This document shows, one piece after another, positions 16,201-31,828 of a stretch of 64,000 nucleotides of DNA. The stretch is from NCBI GenBank assembly GCA_964016885.1, contig OZ024763.1, positions 10,292,001 through 10,356,000 on the forward strand. Direction: 5' to 3'. The stretch is from Eledone cirrhosa (Eukaryota). The notes below the pieces were generated by a model that saw nothing but the letters and a program-made list of their open reading frames with translations, was not told the DNA's origin and made no database searches. The position numbers and the translations under genes were made by a program. Position 1 is the stretch's first letter. Every line of letters starts with the position of its first letter.

Positions 16201-19200
16201 AGTATATATGCAATATTTAATACAGAAATGGCTTCTACCGCACTAATTTGATGGAAATAGTAGTGTATATGCAATATTTAATACAAAAATGGCTTCTACC
16301 GCACTAATTTGATGGAAATAGTAGTGTATATGCAATATTTAATACAGAAATGGCTTCTACCGCACTAATTTGATGGAAATAGTAGTGTATATGCAATATT
16401 TAATGCAGAAATGGCTTCTACCGCACTAATTTGATGGGAATAGTAGTGTATATGCAATATTTAATGCAGAAATGGCTTCTACCGCACTAATTTGATGGAA
16501 ATAGTAGTGTATATGCAATATTGAATGCAGAAATGGCTTCTACCGCACTAATTTGATGGAAATAGTAGTGTATATGCAATATTTAATACAGAAATGGCTT
16601 CTACCGCACTAATTTGATGGAAATATTAGTGTATATGCAATATTTATTGCAGAAATGGCTTCTACCGCACTAATTTGATGGAAATAGTAGTGTATATGCA
16701 ATATTTAATACAGAAATGGCTTCTACCGCACTAATTTGATGGAAATAGTAGTGTATATGCAATATTTAATACAGAAATGGCTTCTACCGCACTAATTTGA
16801 TGGAAATAGTAGTGTATATGCAATATTTAATACAGAAATGGCTTCTACCGCACTAATTTGATGGAAATAGTAGTGTATATGCAATATTTAATACAGAAAT
16901 GGCTTCTACCGCACTAATTTGATGGAAATAGTAGTGTATATGCAATATTTAATACAGAAATGGCTTCTACCGCACTAATTTGATGGAAATAGTAGTGTAT
17001 ATGCAATATTTAATGCAGAAATGGCATCTGCCGCACTGATTTGATGAAATAGTAGTGTATATGCAAAATTTGATACAGAAATGGCTTCTACCGCACTAAT
17101 TTGATGGAAATAGTAGTGTATATGCAATATTAAATACAGAAATGGCATCTACCGCACTAATTTGATGGAAATAGTAGTGTATATGCAATATTTAATACAG
17201 AAATGGCTTCCACCGCACTAATTTGATGGAAATAGTAGTGTATATGCAATATTTCATACATAAATGGCTTCTACCTCACTAATTTGATGGAAATAGTAGT
17301 GTATATGCAATATTTAATACAGAAATGGCTTCTACCGCACTAATTTGATGGAAATAGTAGTGTATATGCAATATTTAATGCAGAAATGGCTTCTAACGCA
17401 CTAATTTGATGGAAATAGTAGTGTATATGCAATAATTAATAGAGAAATGGCTTCTACCGCACTAATTTGATGGAAATAATAGTGTATATGCAATATTTAA
17501 TGCAGAAAAAGCTTCTACCGCACTAATTTGATTGAAATATTAGTGTATATGCAATATTTAATGCAGAAATGGCTTCTACCGCACTAATTTGATGGAAATA
17601 GTAGTGTATATGCAATATTTATGCAGAAATGGCTTCTACCGCACTAATTTGATGGAAATAGTAGTGTATATGCAAAATTTAATGCAGAAATGGCTTCTAC
17701 CGCACTAATTTGATGGAAATAGTCGTGTATATGCAATATTTAATACAGAAATGGCTTCTACCGCACTAATTTGAAAGGAAATAGTAGTGTATATGCAATA
17801 TTTAATACAGAAATGACTTCTACCGCACTAATTTGATGGAAATAGTAGTGTATATGCAATATTTAATACAGAAATGGCTTCTACCGCACTAATTTGATGG
17901 AAATAGTAGTGTATATGCAATATTTAATACAGAAATGGCTTCTACCGCACTAATTTGATGGAAATAGTAGTGTATATGCAATATTTAATACAGAAATGGC
18001 TTCTACCGCACTAATTTGATGGAAATAGTAGTGTATATGCAATATTTAATACAGAAATGGCTTCTACCGCACTAATTTGATGGAAATAGTAGTGTATATG
18101 CAATATTTAATGCAGAAATGGCTTCTACCGCACTAATATGATGGAAATAGTAGTGTATATGCAATATTTAATACAGAAATAGCTTCTACCGCACTAATTT
18201 GATGGAAATAGTAGTGTATATGCAATAATTAAGGCAGAAATGGCTTCTACCGCACTAATTTGATGGAAATAGTAGTGTATATGCAATATTTAATGTAGAA
18301 ATGGCTTCTAACGCACTAATTTGATGGAAATAGTAGTGTATATGCAATATTTAATACAGAAATGGCTTCTACCGCACTAATTTGATGGAAATAGTAGTGT
18401 ATATGCAATATTTAATGCAGAAATGGCTTCTAACGCACTAATTTGATGGAAATAGTAGTGTATATGCAATATTTAATACAGAAATGGCTTCTACCGCACT
18501 AATTTGATGGAAATAGTAGTGTATATGCAATATTTAATACAGAAATGGCTTCTACCGCACTAATTTGATGGAAATAGTAGTGTATATGCAATATTTAATA
18601 CAGAAATGGCTTCTACCGCACTAATTTGATGGAAATAGTAGTGTATATGCAATATTTAATGCAGAAATGGCATCTACCGCACTAATTTGATGAAATAGTA
18701 GTGTATATGCAATATTTAATACAGAAATGGCTTCTACCGCACTAATTTGATGGAAATAGTAGTGTATATGCAATATTTTAATACAGAAATGGCTTCTACA
18801 GCACTAATTTGATGGAAATAGTAGTTTATATGCAATATTTAATGCAGAAATGGCTTCTACCGCACTAATTTGATGGAAATAGTAGTGTATATGCAATATT
18901 TATTGCAGAAATGGCTTCTACCGCACTAATTTGATGGAAATAGTAGTGTATATGCAATATTTAATGCAGAAATGGCTTCTACCGCACTAATTTGATGGAA
19001 ATAGTAGCGTATATGCAATATTTAATGCAGAAATGGCTTCTACCGCACTAATTTGATGGAAATAGTAGCGTATATGCAATATTTAATACAGAAATGGCTT
19101 CTACCGCACTAATTTGATGGAAATAGTAGTATATATGCAATATTTAATACAGAAATGGCTTCTACCGCACTAATTTGATGGAAATAGTAGTGTATATGCA

Positions 19201-22200
19201 ATATTTAATACAAAAATGGCTTCTACCGCACTAATTTTATGGAAATAGTAGTGTATATGCAATATTTAATACAGAAATGGCTTCTACCGCACTAATTTGA
19301 TGGAAATAGTAGTGTATATGCAATATTTAATGCAGAAATGGCTTCTACCGCACTAATTTGATGGGAATAGTAGTGTATATGCAATATTTATTGCAGAAAT
19401 GGCTTCTACCGCACTAATTTGATGGAAATAGTAGTGTATATGCAATATTGAATGCAGAAATGGCTTCTACCGCACTAATTTGATGGAAATAGTAGTGTAT
19501 ATGCAATATTTAATACAGAAATGGCTTCTACCGCACTAATTTGATGGAAATATTAGTGTATATGCAATATTTATTGCAGAAATGGCTTCTACCGCACTAA
19601 TTTGATGGAAATAGTAGTGTATATGCAATATTTAATACAGAAATGGCTTCTACCGCACTAATTTGATGGAAATAGTAGTGTATATGCAATATTTAATACA
19701 GAAATGGCTTCTACCGCACTAATTTGATGGAAATAGTAGTGTATATGCAATATTTAATACAGAAATGGCTTCTACCGCACTAATTTGATGGAAATAGTAG
19801 TGTATATGCAATATTTAATACAGAAATGGCTTCTACCGCACTAATTTGATGGAAATAGTAGTGTATATGCAATATTTAATACAGAAATGGCTTCTACCGC
19901 ACTAATTTGATGGAAATAGTAGTGTATATGCAATATTTAATGCAGAAATGGCATCTGCCGCACTAATTTGATGAAATAGTAGTGTATATGCAAAATTTGA
20001 TACAGAAATGGCTTCTACCGCACTAATTTGATGGAAATAGTAGTGTATATGCAATATTAAATACAGAAATGGCATCTACCGCACTAATTTGATGGAAATA
20101 GTAGTGTATATGCAATATTTAATACAGAAATGGCTTCCACCGCACTAATTTGATGGAAATAGTAGTGTATATGCAATATTTAATACATAAATGGCTTCTA
20201 CCTCACTAATTTGATGGAAATAGTAGTGTATATGCAATATTTAATACAGAAATGGCTTCTACCGCACAAATTTGATGGAAATAGTAGTGTATATGCAATA
20301 TTTAATGCAGAAATGGCTTCTAACGCACTAATTTGATAGAAATAGTAGTGTATATGCAATATTTAATAGAGAAATGGCTTCTACCGCACTAATTTGATGG
20401 AAATAATACTGTATATGCAATATTTAATGCAGAAATGGCCTTCTACGCACTAATTTGATTGAAATATTAGTGTATATGCAATATTTAATGCAAAAATGGC
20501 TTCTACCGCACTAATTTGATGGAAATAGTAGTGTATATGCAATATTTAATGCAGAAATGGCTTCTACCGCACTAATTTGATGGAAATAGTAGTGTATATG
20601 CAAAATTTAATGCAGAAATGGCTTCTACCGCACTAATTTGATGGAAATAGTCGTGTATATGCAATATTTAATACAGAAATGGCTTCTACCGCACTAATTT
20701 GAAAGGAAATAGTAGTGTATATGCAATATTTAATACAGAAATGGCTTCTACCGCACTAATTTGATGGAAATAGTAGTGTATATGCAATATTTAATACAGA
20801 AATGGCTTCTACCGCACTAATTTGATGGAAATAGTAGTGAATATGCAATATTTAATACAGAAATGGCTTCTACCGCACTAATTTGATGGAAATAGTAGTG
20901 TATATGCAATATTTAATGCAGAAATGGCTTCTACCGCACTAATTTGATGGAAATAGTAGTGTATATGCAATATTTAATAGCAGAAATGGCTTCTACGCAC
21001 TAATTTGATGGAAATAGTAGTGTATATGCAATATTTAATGCAGAAATGGCTTCTACCGCACTAATATGATGGAAATAGTAGTGTATATGCAATATTTAAT
21101 ACAGAAATAGCTTCTACCGCACTAATTTGATGGAAATAGTAGTGTATATGCAATATTTAATGCAGAAATGGCTTCTACCGCACTAATTTGATGGAAATAG
21201 TAGTGTATATGCAATATTTAATGTAGAATGGTTTCTACCGCACTAATTTGATGGAAATAGTAGTGTATATGCAATATTTAATACAGAAATGGCTTCTACC
21301 GCACTAATTTGATGGAAATAGTAGTGTATATGCAATATTTAATGCAGAAATGCTTTCTACCGCACTAATTTGATGGAAATAGTAGTGTATATGCAATATT
21401 TAATACAGAAATGGCTTCTACCGCACTAATTTGATGGAAATAGTAGTGTATATGCAATATTTAATGCAGAAATGGTTTCTACCGCACTAATTTGATGGAA
21501 ATAGTAGTGTATAAGCAATATTTAATACAGAAATGGCTTCTACCGCACTAATTTGATGGAAATAGTAGTGTATATGCAATATTTAATGCAGAAATGGCTT
21601 CTAACGCACTAATTTGATGGAAATAGTAGTGTATATGCAATATTTAATACAGAAATGGCTTCTACCGCACTAATTTGAAGTGGAAATAGTAGTGTATATG
21701 CAATATTTAATACAGAAATGGCTTCTACCGCACTAATTTGATGGAAATAGTAGTGTATATGCAATATTTAATACAGAAATGGCTTCTACCGCACTAATTT
21801 TGGGAAATAGTAGTGTATATGCAATATTTAATGCAGAAATGGCATCTACCGCACTAATTTGATGAAATAGTAGTGTATATGCAAAATTTGATACAGAAAT
21901 GGCTTCTACCGCACTAATTTGATGGAAATAGTAGTGTATATGCAATATTTAATACAGAAATGGCTTCTACCGCACTAATTTGATGGAAATAGTAGTGTAT
22001 ATGCAATATTAAATACAGAAATGGCATCTACCGCACTAATTTGATGGAAATAGTAGTGTATATGCAATATTTAATACAGAAATGGCTTCCACCGCACTAA
22101 TTTGATGGAAATAGTAGTGTATATGCAATATTTAATACATAAATGGCTTCTACCTCACTAATTTGATGGAAATAGTAGTGTATAAGCAATATTTAATACA

Positions 22201-25200
22201 GAAATGGCTTCTACCGCACTAATTTGATGGAAATAGTAGTGTATATGCAATATTTAATGCAGAAATGGCTTCTAACGCACTAATTTGATGGATATAGTAG
22301 TGTATATGCAATATTTAATGCAGAAATGGCTTCTACCGCACTAATTTGATGGAAATAGTAGTGTATATGCAATATTTAATAGAGAAATGGCTTCTACCGC
22401 ACTAATTTGATGGAAATAGTAGTGTATATGCAATATTTAATGCAGAAATGGCTTCTACCGCACTAATTGATGGAAATATTAGTGTATATGCAATATTTAA
22501 TGCAGAAATGGCTTCTACCGCACTAATTTGATGGAAATAGTTGTGTATATGCAATATTTAATGCAGAAATGGCTTCTACCGCACTAATTTGATGGAAATA
22601 GTAGTGTATATGCAATATTTAATGCAGAAATGGCTTCTACCGCACTAATTTGATGGAAATAGTCGTGTATATGCAATATTTAATACAGAAATGGCTTCTA
22701 CCGCACTAATTTGAAAGGAAATAGTAGTGTATATGCAATATTTAATACAGAAATGGCTTCTACCGCACTAATTTGATGGAAATAGTAGTGTATATGCAAT
22801 ATTTAATACAGAAATGGCTTCTACCGCACTAATTTGATGGAAATAGTAGTGTATATGCAATATTTAATACAGAAATGGCTTCTACCGCACTAATTTGATG
22901 GAAATAGTAGTGTATATGCAATATTTAATACAGAAATGGCTTCTACCGCACTAATTTGATGGAAATAGTAGTGTATATGCAATATTTAATACAGAAATGG
23001 CTTCTACCGCACTACTTTGATGGAAATAGTAGTGTATATGCAATATTTAATGCAGAAATGGCTTCTACCGCACTAATATGATGGAAATAGTAGTGTATAT
23101 GCAATATTTAATACAGAAATGGCTTCTACCGCACTAATTTGATGGAAATAGTAGTGTATATGCAATATTTAAGGCAGAAATGGCTTCTACCGCACTAATT
23201 TGATGGAAATAGTAGTGTATATGCAATATTTAATGTAGAAATGGCTTCTAACGCACTAATTTGATGGAAATAGTAGTGTATATGCAATATTTAATACAGA
23301 AATGGCTTCTACCGCACTAATTTGATGGAAATAGTAGTGTATATGCAATATTTAATACAGAAATGGCTTCTACCGCACTAATTTGATGGAAATAGTAGTG
23401 TATATGCAATATTTAATACAGAAATGGCTTCTACCGCACTAATTTGATGGAAATATAGTGTATATGCAATATTTAATGCAGAAATGGCTTCTACCGCACT
23501 AATTGATTAAATAGTAGTGTATATGCAAAATTTGATACAGAAATGGCTTCTACCGCACTAATTCGATGGAAATAGTAGTGTATATGCAATTATTTAATAC
23601 AGAAATGGCTTCTACCTCACTAATTTGATGGAAATAGTAGTGTATATGCAATATTTAATACAGAAATGGCTTCTACCGCACTAATTTGATGGAAATAGTA
23701 GTGTACATGCAATATTTAATGCAGAAATGGCTTCTACCGCACTAATTTGATGGAAATAGTAGTGTATATGCAATATTTAATACAGAAATGGCTTCTACCG
23801 CACTAATTTGATGGGAAGAGTAGTGTATATGCAATATTTAATACAGAAATGGCTTCTACCGCACTAATTTGAGGGAAATAGTAGTGTATATGCAATATTT
23901 AATACAGAAATGGCTTCTACCGCACTAATTGGATGGAAATAGTAGTGTATATGCAATATTTAATACAGAAATGGCTTCTACCTCACTAATTTGATGGAAA
24001 TAGTAGTGTATATGCAATATTTAATGCAGAAATGGCTTCTACCGCACAAATAAATGGAAATAGTAGAGTATATGCAATATTTAATGCAGAAATGGCTTCT
24101 ACCGCACTAATTTGATGGAAATAGTAGTGTATATGCAATATTTAATGCAGAAATGGCTTCTACCGCACTAATTTGATGGAAATAGTAGTGTATATGCACT
24201 ATTTAATACATAAATGGCTTCTACCGCACTAATTTGATGGAAATAGTAGTGTACATGCAATATTTAATACAGAAATGGCTTCTACCGCACTAATTGGATG
24301 GAAATAGTAGTGTATATGCAATATTTAATACAGAAATGGCTTCTACCGCACTAATTGGATGGAAATAGTAGTGTATATGCAATATTTAATACAGAAATGG
24401 CTTCTACAGCACTAATTTGATGGAAATAGTAGTGTATATGCAATATTTAATACAGAAATGGCTTCTACCGCACTAATTGGATGGAAATAGTAGTGTATAT
24501 GCAATATTTAATACAGAAATGGCTTCTACAGCACTAATTTGATGGAAATAGTAGTGTATATTCAATATTTAATACAGAAATGGCTTCTACCGCACTAATT
24601 GGTTGGAAATAGTAGTGTATATGCAATATTTAATACAGAAATGGCTTCTACCGCACTAATTGGATGGAAATAGTAGTGTATATGCAATATTTAATACAGA
24701 AATGGCTTCTACAGCACTAATTTGATGGAAATAGTAGAGTATATGCAATATTTAATACAGAAATGGCTTCTACCGCACTAATTGGATGGAAATAGTAGTG
24801 TATATGCAATATTTAATACAGAAATGGCTTCTACAGCACTAATTTGATGGAAATAGTAGTGTATATGCAATATTTAATACAGAAATGGCTTCTACCGCAC
24901 TAATTGGATGGAAATAGTAGTGTATATGCAATATTTAATACAGAAATGGCTTCTACCGCACTAATTTGATGGAAATAGTAGTGTATATGCAATATTTAAT
25001 ACAGAAATGGCTTCTACCGCACTAATTTGATGGAAATAGTAGTTTACATGCAATATTTAATGCAGAAATGGCTTCTACCGCACTAATTTGATGGAAATAG
25101 TAGTGTATATGCAATATTTAATACAGAAATGGCTTCTACCGCACTAATTTGATGGAAATAGTAGTGTATATGCAAAATTTGATACAGAAATGGCTTCTAC

Positions 25201-28200
25201 CGCACTAATTTGATGGAAATAGTAGTGTATATGCAATATTTGATACAGAAACGGCTTCTACCGCACTAATTTGATGGAAATAGTAGTGTATATGCAATAT
25301 TTAATACAGAAATGGCTTCTACCTCACTAATTTGATGGAAATAGTAGTGTATATGCAATATTTAATGCAGAAATGGCTTCTACCGCACTAAGTTGATGGA
25401 AATAGTTGTGTATATGCAATATTTAATGCAGAAATGGCTTCTACCGCACTAATTTGATGGAAATAGTAGTGTATATGCAATATTAAATACAGAAATGGCT
25501 TCTACCGCACTAATTTGATGGAAATAGTAGTGTATATGCAATATTTAATACAGAAATGGCTTCTACCGCACTAATTTGATGGAAATAGTAGTGTATATGC
25601 AATATTTAATGCAGAAATGGCTTCTACCGCACTAATTTGATGGAAATAGTAGTGTATATGCAATATTTACTACAGAAATGGCTTCTACCGCACTAATTTG
25701 ATGGAAATAGTAGTGTATATGCAATATTTAATACAGAAATGGCTTCTACCGCACTAATTTGATGGAAATAGTAGTGTATATGCAATATTTAATGCAGAAA
25801 TGGCTTCTAACGCACTAATTTGATGGAAATAGTAGTGTATATGCAATATTTAATGCAGAAATGGCTTCTAACGCACTAATTTGATGGAAATAGTAGTGTA
25901 TATGCAATATTTAATACAGAAATGGCTTCTACCGCACTAATTTGATGGAAATAGTAGTGTATATGCAATATTTAATACAGAAATGGCTTCTACCGCACTA
26001 ATTTGATGGAAATAGTAGTGTATATGCAATATTTAATACAGAAATGGCTTCTACCGCACTACTTTGATGGAAATAGTAGTGTATATGCAATATTTAATGC
26101 AAAAATGGCATATACCGCACTAATTTGATGAAATAGTACTGTATATGCAAAATTTGATACAGAAATGGCTTCTACCGCACTAATTTGATGGAAATAGTAG
26201 TGTATATGCAATATTTAATACAGAAATGGCTTCTACCGCACTAATTTGATGGAAATAGTAGTGTATATGCAATATTTAATACAGAAATGGCTTCCACCGC
26301 ACTAATTTGATGGAAATAGTAGTGTATATGCAATATTTAATACATAAATGGCTTCTACCTCACTAATTTGATGGAAATAGTAGTGTATATGCAATATTTA
26401 ATACAGAAATGGCTTCTACCGCACTAATTTGATGGAAATAGTAGTGTATATGCAATATTTAATGCAGAAATGGCTTCTAACGCACTAATTTGATGGATAT
26501 AGTAGTGTATATGCAATATTTAATGCAGAAATGGCTTCTACCGCACTAATTTGATGGAAATAGTAGTGTATATGCAATATTTAATAGAGAAATGGCTTCT
26601 ACCGCACTAATTTGATGGAAATAGTAGTGTATATGCAATATTTAATGCAGAAATGGCTTCTACCGCACTAATTTGTTGGAAATATTAGTGTATATGCAAT
26701 ATTTAATGCAGAAATGGCTTCTACCGCACTAATTTGATGGAAATAGTAGTGTATATGCAATATTTAATGCAGAAATGGCTTCTACCGCACTAATTTGATG
26801 GAAATAGTAGTGTATATGCAATATTTAATGCAGAAATGGCTTCTACCGCACTAATTTGATGGAAATAGTCGTGTATATGCAATATTTAATACAGAAATGG
26901 CTTCTACCGCACTAATTTGAAAGGAAATAGTAGTGTATATGCAATATTTAATACAGAAATGGCTTCTACCGCACTAATTTGATGGAAATAGTAGTGTATA
27001 TGCAATATTTAATACAGAAATGGCTTCTACCGCACTAATTTGATGGAAATAGTAGTGTATATGCAATATTTAATACAGAAATGGCTTCTACCGCACTAAT
27101 TTGATGGAAATAGTAGTGTATATGCAATATTTAATACAGAAATGGCTTCTACCGCACTAATTTGATGGAAATAGTAGTGTATATGCAATATTTAATACAG
27201 AAATGGCTTCTACCGCACTACTTTGATGGAAATAGTAGTGTATATGCAATATTTAATGCAGAAATGGCTTCTACCGCACTAATATGATGGAAATAGTAGT
27301 GTATATGCAATATTTAATACAGAAATGGCTTCTACCGCACTAATTTGATGGAAATAGTAGTGTATATGCAATATTTAAGGCAGAAATGGCTTCTACCGCA
27401 CTAATTTGATGGAAATAGTAGTGTATATGCAATATTTAATGTAGAAATGGCTTCTAACGCACTACTTTGATGGAAATAGTAGTGTATATGCAATATTTAA
27501 TACAGAAATGGCTTCTACCGCACTAATTTGATGGAAATAGTAGTGTATATGCAATATTTAATACAGAAATGGCTTCTACCGCACTAATTTGATGGAAATA
27601 GTAGTGTATATGCAATATTTAATACAGAAATGGCTTCTACCCCACTAATTTGATGGAAATATAGTGTATATGCAATATTTAATGCAGAAATGGCTTCTAC
27701 CGCACTAATTTGATGAAATAGTAGTGTATATGCAAAATTTGATACAGAAATGGCTTCTACCGCACTAATTTGATGGAAATAGTAGTGTATATGCAATATT
27801 TAATACAGAAATGGCTTCTACCTCACTAATTTGATGGAAATAGTAGTGTATATGCAATATTTAATACAGAAATGGCTTCTACCGCACTAATTTGATGGAA
27901 ATAGTAGTGTACATGCAATATTTAATGCAGAAATGGCTTCTACCGCACTAATTTGATGGAAATAGTAGTGTATATGCAATATTTAATACAGAAATGGCTT
28001 CTACCGCACTAATTTGATGGGAAGAGTAGTGTATATGCAATATTTAATACAGAAATGGCTTCTACCGCACTAATTTGAGGGAAATAGTAGTGTATATGCA
28101 ATATTTAATACAGAAATGGCTTCTACCGCACTAATTGGATGGAAATAGTAGTGTATATGCAATATTTAATACAGAAATGGCTTCTACCTCACTAATTTGA

Positions 28201-31200
28201 TGGAAATAGTAGTGTATATGCAATATTTAATGCAGAAATGGCTTCTACCGCACAAATAAATGGAAATAGTAGAGTATATGCAATATTTAATGCAGAAATG
28301 GCTTCTACCGCACTAATTTGATGGAAATAGTAGTGTATATGCAATATTTAATGCAGAAATGGCTTCTACCGCACTAATTTGATGGAAATAGTAGTGTATA
28401 TGCACTATTTAATACAGAAATGGCTTCTACCGCACTAATTTGATGGAAATAGTAGTGTACATGCAATATTTAATACAGAAATGGCTTCTACCGCACTAAT
28501 TGGATGGAAATAGTAGTGTATATGCAATATTTAATACAGAAATGGCTTCTACAGCACTAATTTGATGGAAATAGTAGTGTATATGCAATATTTAATACAG
28601 AAATGGCTTCTACCGCACTAATTGGATGGAAATAGTAGTGTATATGCAATATTTAATACAGAAATGGCTTCTACAGCACTAATTTGATGGAAATAGTAGT
28701 GTATATGCAATATTTAATACAGAAATGGCTTCTACCGCACTAATTGGATGGAAATAGTAGTGTATATGCAATATTTAATACAGAAATGGCTTCTACCGCA
28801 CTAATTGGATGGAAATAGTAGTGTATATGCAATATTTAATACAGAAATGGCTTCTACACCACTAATTTGATGGAAATAGTAGTGTATATGCAATATTTAA
28901 TACAGAAATGGCTTCTACCGCACTAATTGGATGGAAATAGTAGTGTATATGCAATATTTAATACAGAAATGGCTTCTACAGCACTAATTTGATGGAAATA
29001 GTAGTGTATATGCAATATTTAATACAGAAATGGCTTCTACCGCACTAATTGGATGGAAATAGTAGTGTATATGCAATATTTAATACAGAAATGGCTTCTA
29101 CCGCACTAATTTGATGGAAATAGTAGTGTATATGCAATATTTAATACAGAAATGGCTTCTACCGCACTAATTTGATGGAAATAGTAGTTTACATGCAATA
29201 TTTAATGCAGAAATGGCTTCTACCGCACTAATTTGATGGAAATAGTAGTGTATATGCAATATTTAATACAGAAATGGCTTCTACCGCACTAATTGGATGG
29301 AAATAGTAGTGTATATGCAATATTTAATACAGAAATGGCTTCTACCTCACTAATTTGATGGAAATAGTAGTGTATATGCAATATTTAATGCAGAAATGGC
29401 TTCTACCGCACAAATAAATGGAAATAGTAGAGTATATGCAATATTTAATGCAGAAATGGCTTCTACCGCACTAATTTGATGGAAATAGTAGTGTATATGC
29501 AATATTTAATGCAGAAATGGCTTCTACCGCACTAATTTGATGGAAATAGTAGTGTATATGCACTATTTAATACAGAAATGGCTTCTACAGCACTAATTTG
29601 ATGGAAATAGTAGTGTATATGCAATATTTAATACAGAAATGGCTTCTACCGCACTAATTGGATGGAAATAGTAGTGTATATGCAATATTTAATACAGAAA
29701 TGGCTTCTACAGCACTAATTTGATGGAAATAGTAGTGTATATGCAATATTTAATACAGAAATGGCTTCTACCGCACTAATTGGATGGAAATAGTAGTGTA
29801 TATGCAATATTTAATACAGAAATGGCTTCTACCGCACTAATTGGATGGAAATAGTAGTGTATATGCAATATTTAATACAGAAATGGCTTCTACACCACTA
29901 ATTTGATGGAAATAGTAGTGTATATGCAATATTTAATACAGAAATGGCTTCTACCGCACTAATTGGATGGAAATAGTAGTGTATATGCAATATTTAATAC
30001 AGAAATGGCTTCTACAGCACTAATTTGATGGAAATAGTAGTGTATATGCAATATTTAATACAGAAATGGCTTCTACCGCACTAATTGGATGGAAATAGTA
30101 GTGTATATGCAATATTTAATACAGAAATGGCTTCTACCGCACTAATTTGATGGAAATAGTAGTGTATATGCAATATTTAATACAGAAATGGCTTCTACCG
30201 CACTAATTTGATGGAAATAGTAGTTTACATGCAATATTTAATGCAGAAATGGCTTCTACCGCACTAATTTGATGGAAATAGTAGTGTATATGCAATATTT
30301 AATACAGAAACGGCTTCTACCGCACTAATTTGATGGAAATAGTAGTGTATATGCAATATTTAATACAGAAATGGCTTCTACCTCACTAATTTGATGGAAA
30401 TAGTAGTGTATATGCAATATTTAATGCAGAAATGGCTTCTACCGCACTAAGTTGATGGAAATAGTTGTGTATATGCAATATTTAATGCAGAAATGGCTTC
30501 TACCGCACTAATTTGATGGAAATAGTAGTGTATATGCAATATTAAATACAGAAATGGCTTCTACCGCACTAATTTGATGGAAATAGTAGTGTATATGCAA
30601 TATTTAATACAGAAATGGCTTCTACCGCACTAATTTGATGGAAATAGTAGTGTATATGCAATATTTAATGCAGAAATGGCTTCTACCGCACTAATTTGAT
30701 GGAAATAGTAGTGTATATGCAATATTTACTACAGAAATGGCTTCTACCGCACTAATTTGATGGAAATAGTAGTGTATATGCAATATTTAATACAAAAATG
30801 GCTTCTACCGCACTAATTTGATGGAAATAGTAGTGTATATGCAATATTTAATGCAGAAATGGCTTCTAACGCACTAATTTGATGGAAATAGTAGTGTATA
30901 TGCAATATTTAATACAGAAATGGCTTCTACCGCACTAATTTGATGGAAATAGTAGTGTATATGCAATATTTAATACAGAAATGGCTTCTACCGCACTAAT
31001 TTGATGGAAATAGTAGTGTATATGCAATATTTAATACAGAAATGGCTTCTACCGCACTAATTTGATGGAAATAGTAGTGTATATGCAATATTTAATGCAG
31101 AAATGGCTTCTACCGCACTAATTTGATGGAAATAGTAGTGTATATGCAAAATTTGATACAGAAATGGCTTCTACCGCACTAATTTGATGGAAATAGTAGA

Positions 31201-31282
31201 GTATATGCAATATTTAATACAGAAATGGCTTCTACCGCACTAATTTGATGGAAATAATAGTGTATATGCAATATTAAATACA
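4258..31282 (+). repeat. 61-bp satellite B array, ~440 monomers
   Basis: Consensus TTGATGGAAATAGTAGTGTATATGCAATATTTAAT(A/G)CAGAAATGGCTTCTACCGCACTAAT. Most monomers differ from it at 0-3 positions. Confidence 0.99.
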
Positions 31283-31287
31283 TTAAA

Positions 31288-31755
31288 TATGACTGACGCT
31301 TAAACAATTAAGTTAAAAAAATTATTAAGTTAAAAAAATTATTATCGTCTCCGCTGAACCGGTGCGTACTCACACTCTATGCAAATTAGTCTGCCCACTA
31401 CTAATTTTCATAGAAAAAGCATATAACGATATGTGCTTTTACAATTCTCCAGAAAGGCCGGTAGATAGGTAAATATTGCTGATGAGTTGTAACAACAACG
31501 AAACTAGTTCAATATTCCTTGTCTGGCTTTCTGGAGAATAGAGGGAAGGTGTTCCCTCAAAAACCAGTATGACTCTAAAAACCGGTTTGTCTGTGTGTTT
31601 ACATACAGAATAGCTGGGTGCTCACAGTAAAGCAACCAGTGAAAGACTTGTTACATATACATATGTATACGTGTGTGTATACATATACACACTAGTATTT
31701 CAGTATGCATATGTAGATGTAATTTTTTAACTTAGTTGTTTAAGCGTCAGTCATA
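31288..31755. mobile_element. Foldback unit with ~35-bp inverted termini containing an HHR; probable PLE/retrozyme-derived remnant
   Basis: TATGACTGACGCTTAAACAATTAAGTTAAAAAAATT (31288-31323) is matched by its near-perfect reverse complement at 31721-31755. Confidence 0.6.
31472..31516 (+). ncRNA. Minimal type I hammerhead ribozyme motif
   Basis: Stem I AATATTG/CAATATT, core CTGATGA, stem II GTTG..CAAC, GAAA, palindromic stem III ACTAGT, GUU triplet. An outer stem TTCTCCAGAAAG (31445) pairs with CTTTCTGGAGAA (to 31538). Confidence 0.8.
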
Positions 31756-31828
31756 CAAAAGTGAGTTACAAACGAAACGAAATTTAATTTCGTTTCGTCA
31801 TTTGTGATTATTATTATTATTATTATTA

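Noticed and set aside
4258-31282. CRISPR-like array or coding repeat (MHIHYYFHQ ORFs)
   Set aside because: No unique spacers, stop codons recur in every frame, and the context is eukaryotic.
31772-31798. Small perfect hairpin ACGAAACGAAATT-T-AATTTCGTTTCGT as a terminator or ribozyme
   Set aside because: No catalytic core, and bacterial-type terminators are irrelevant here.
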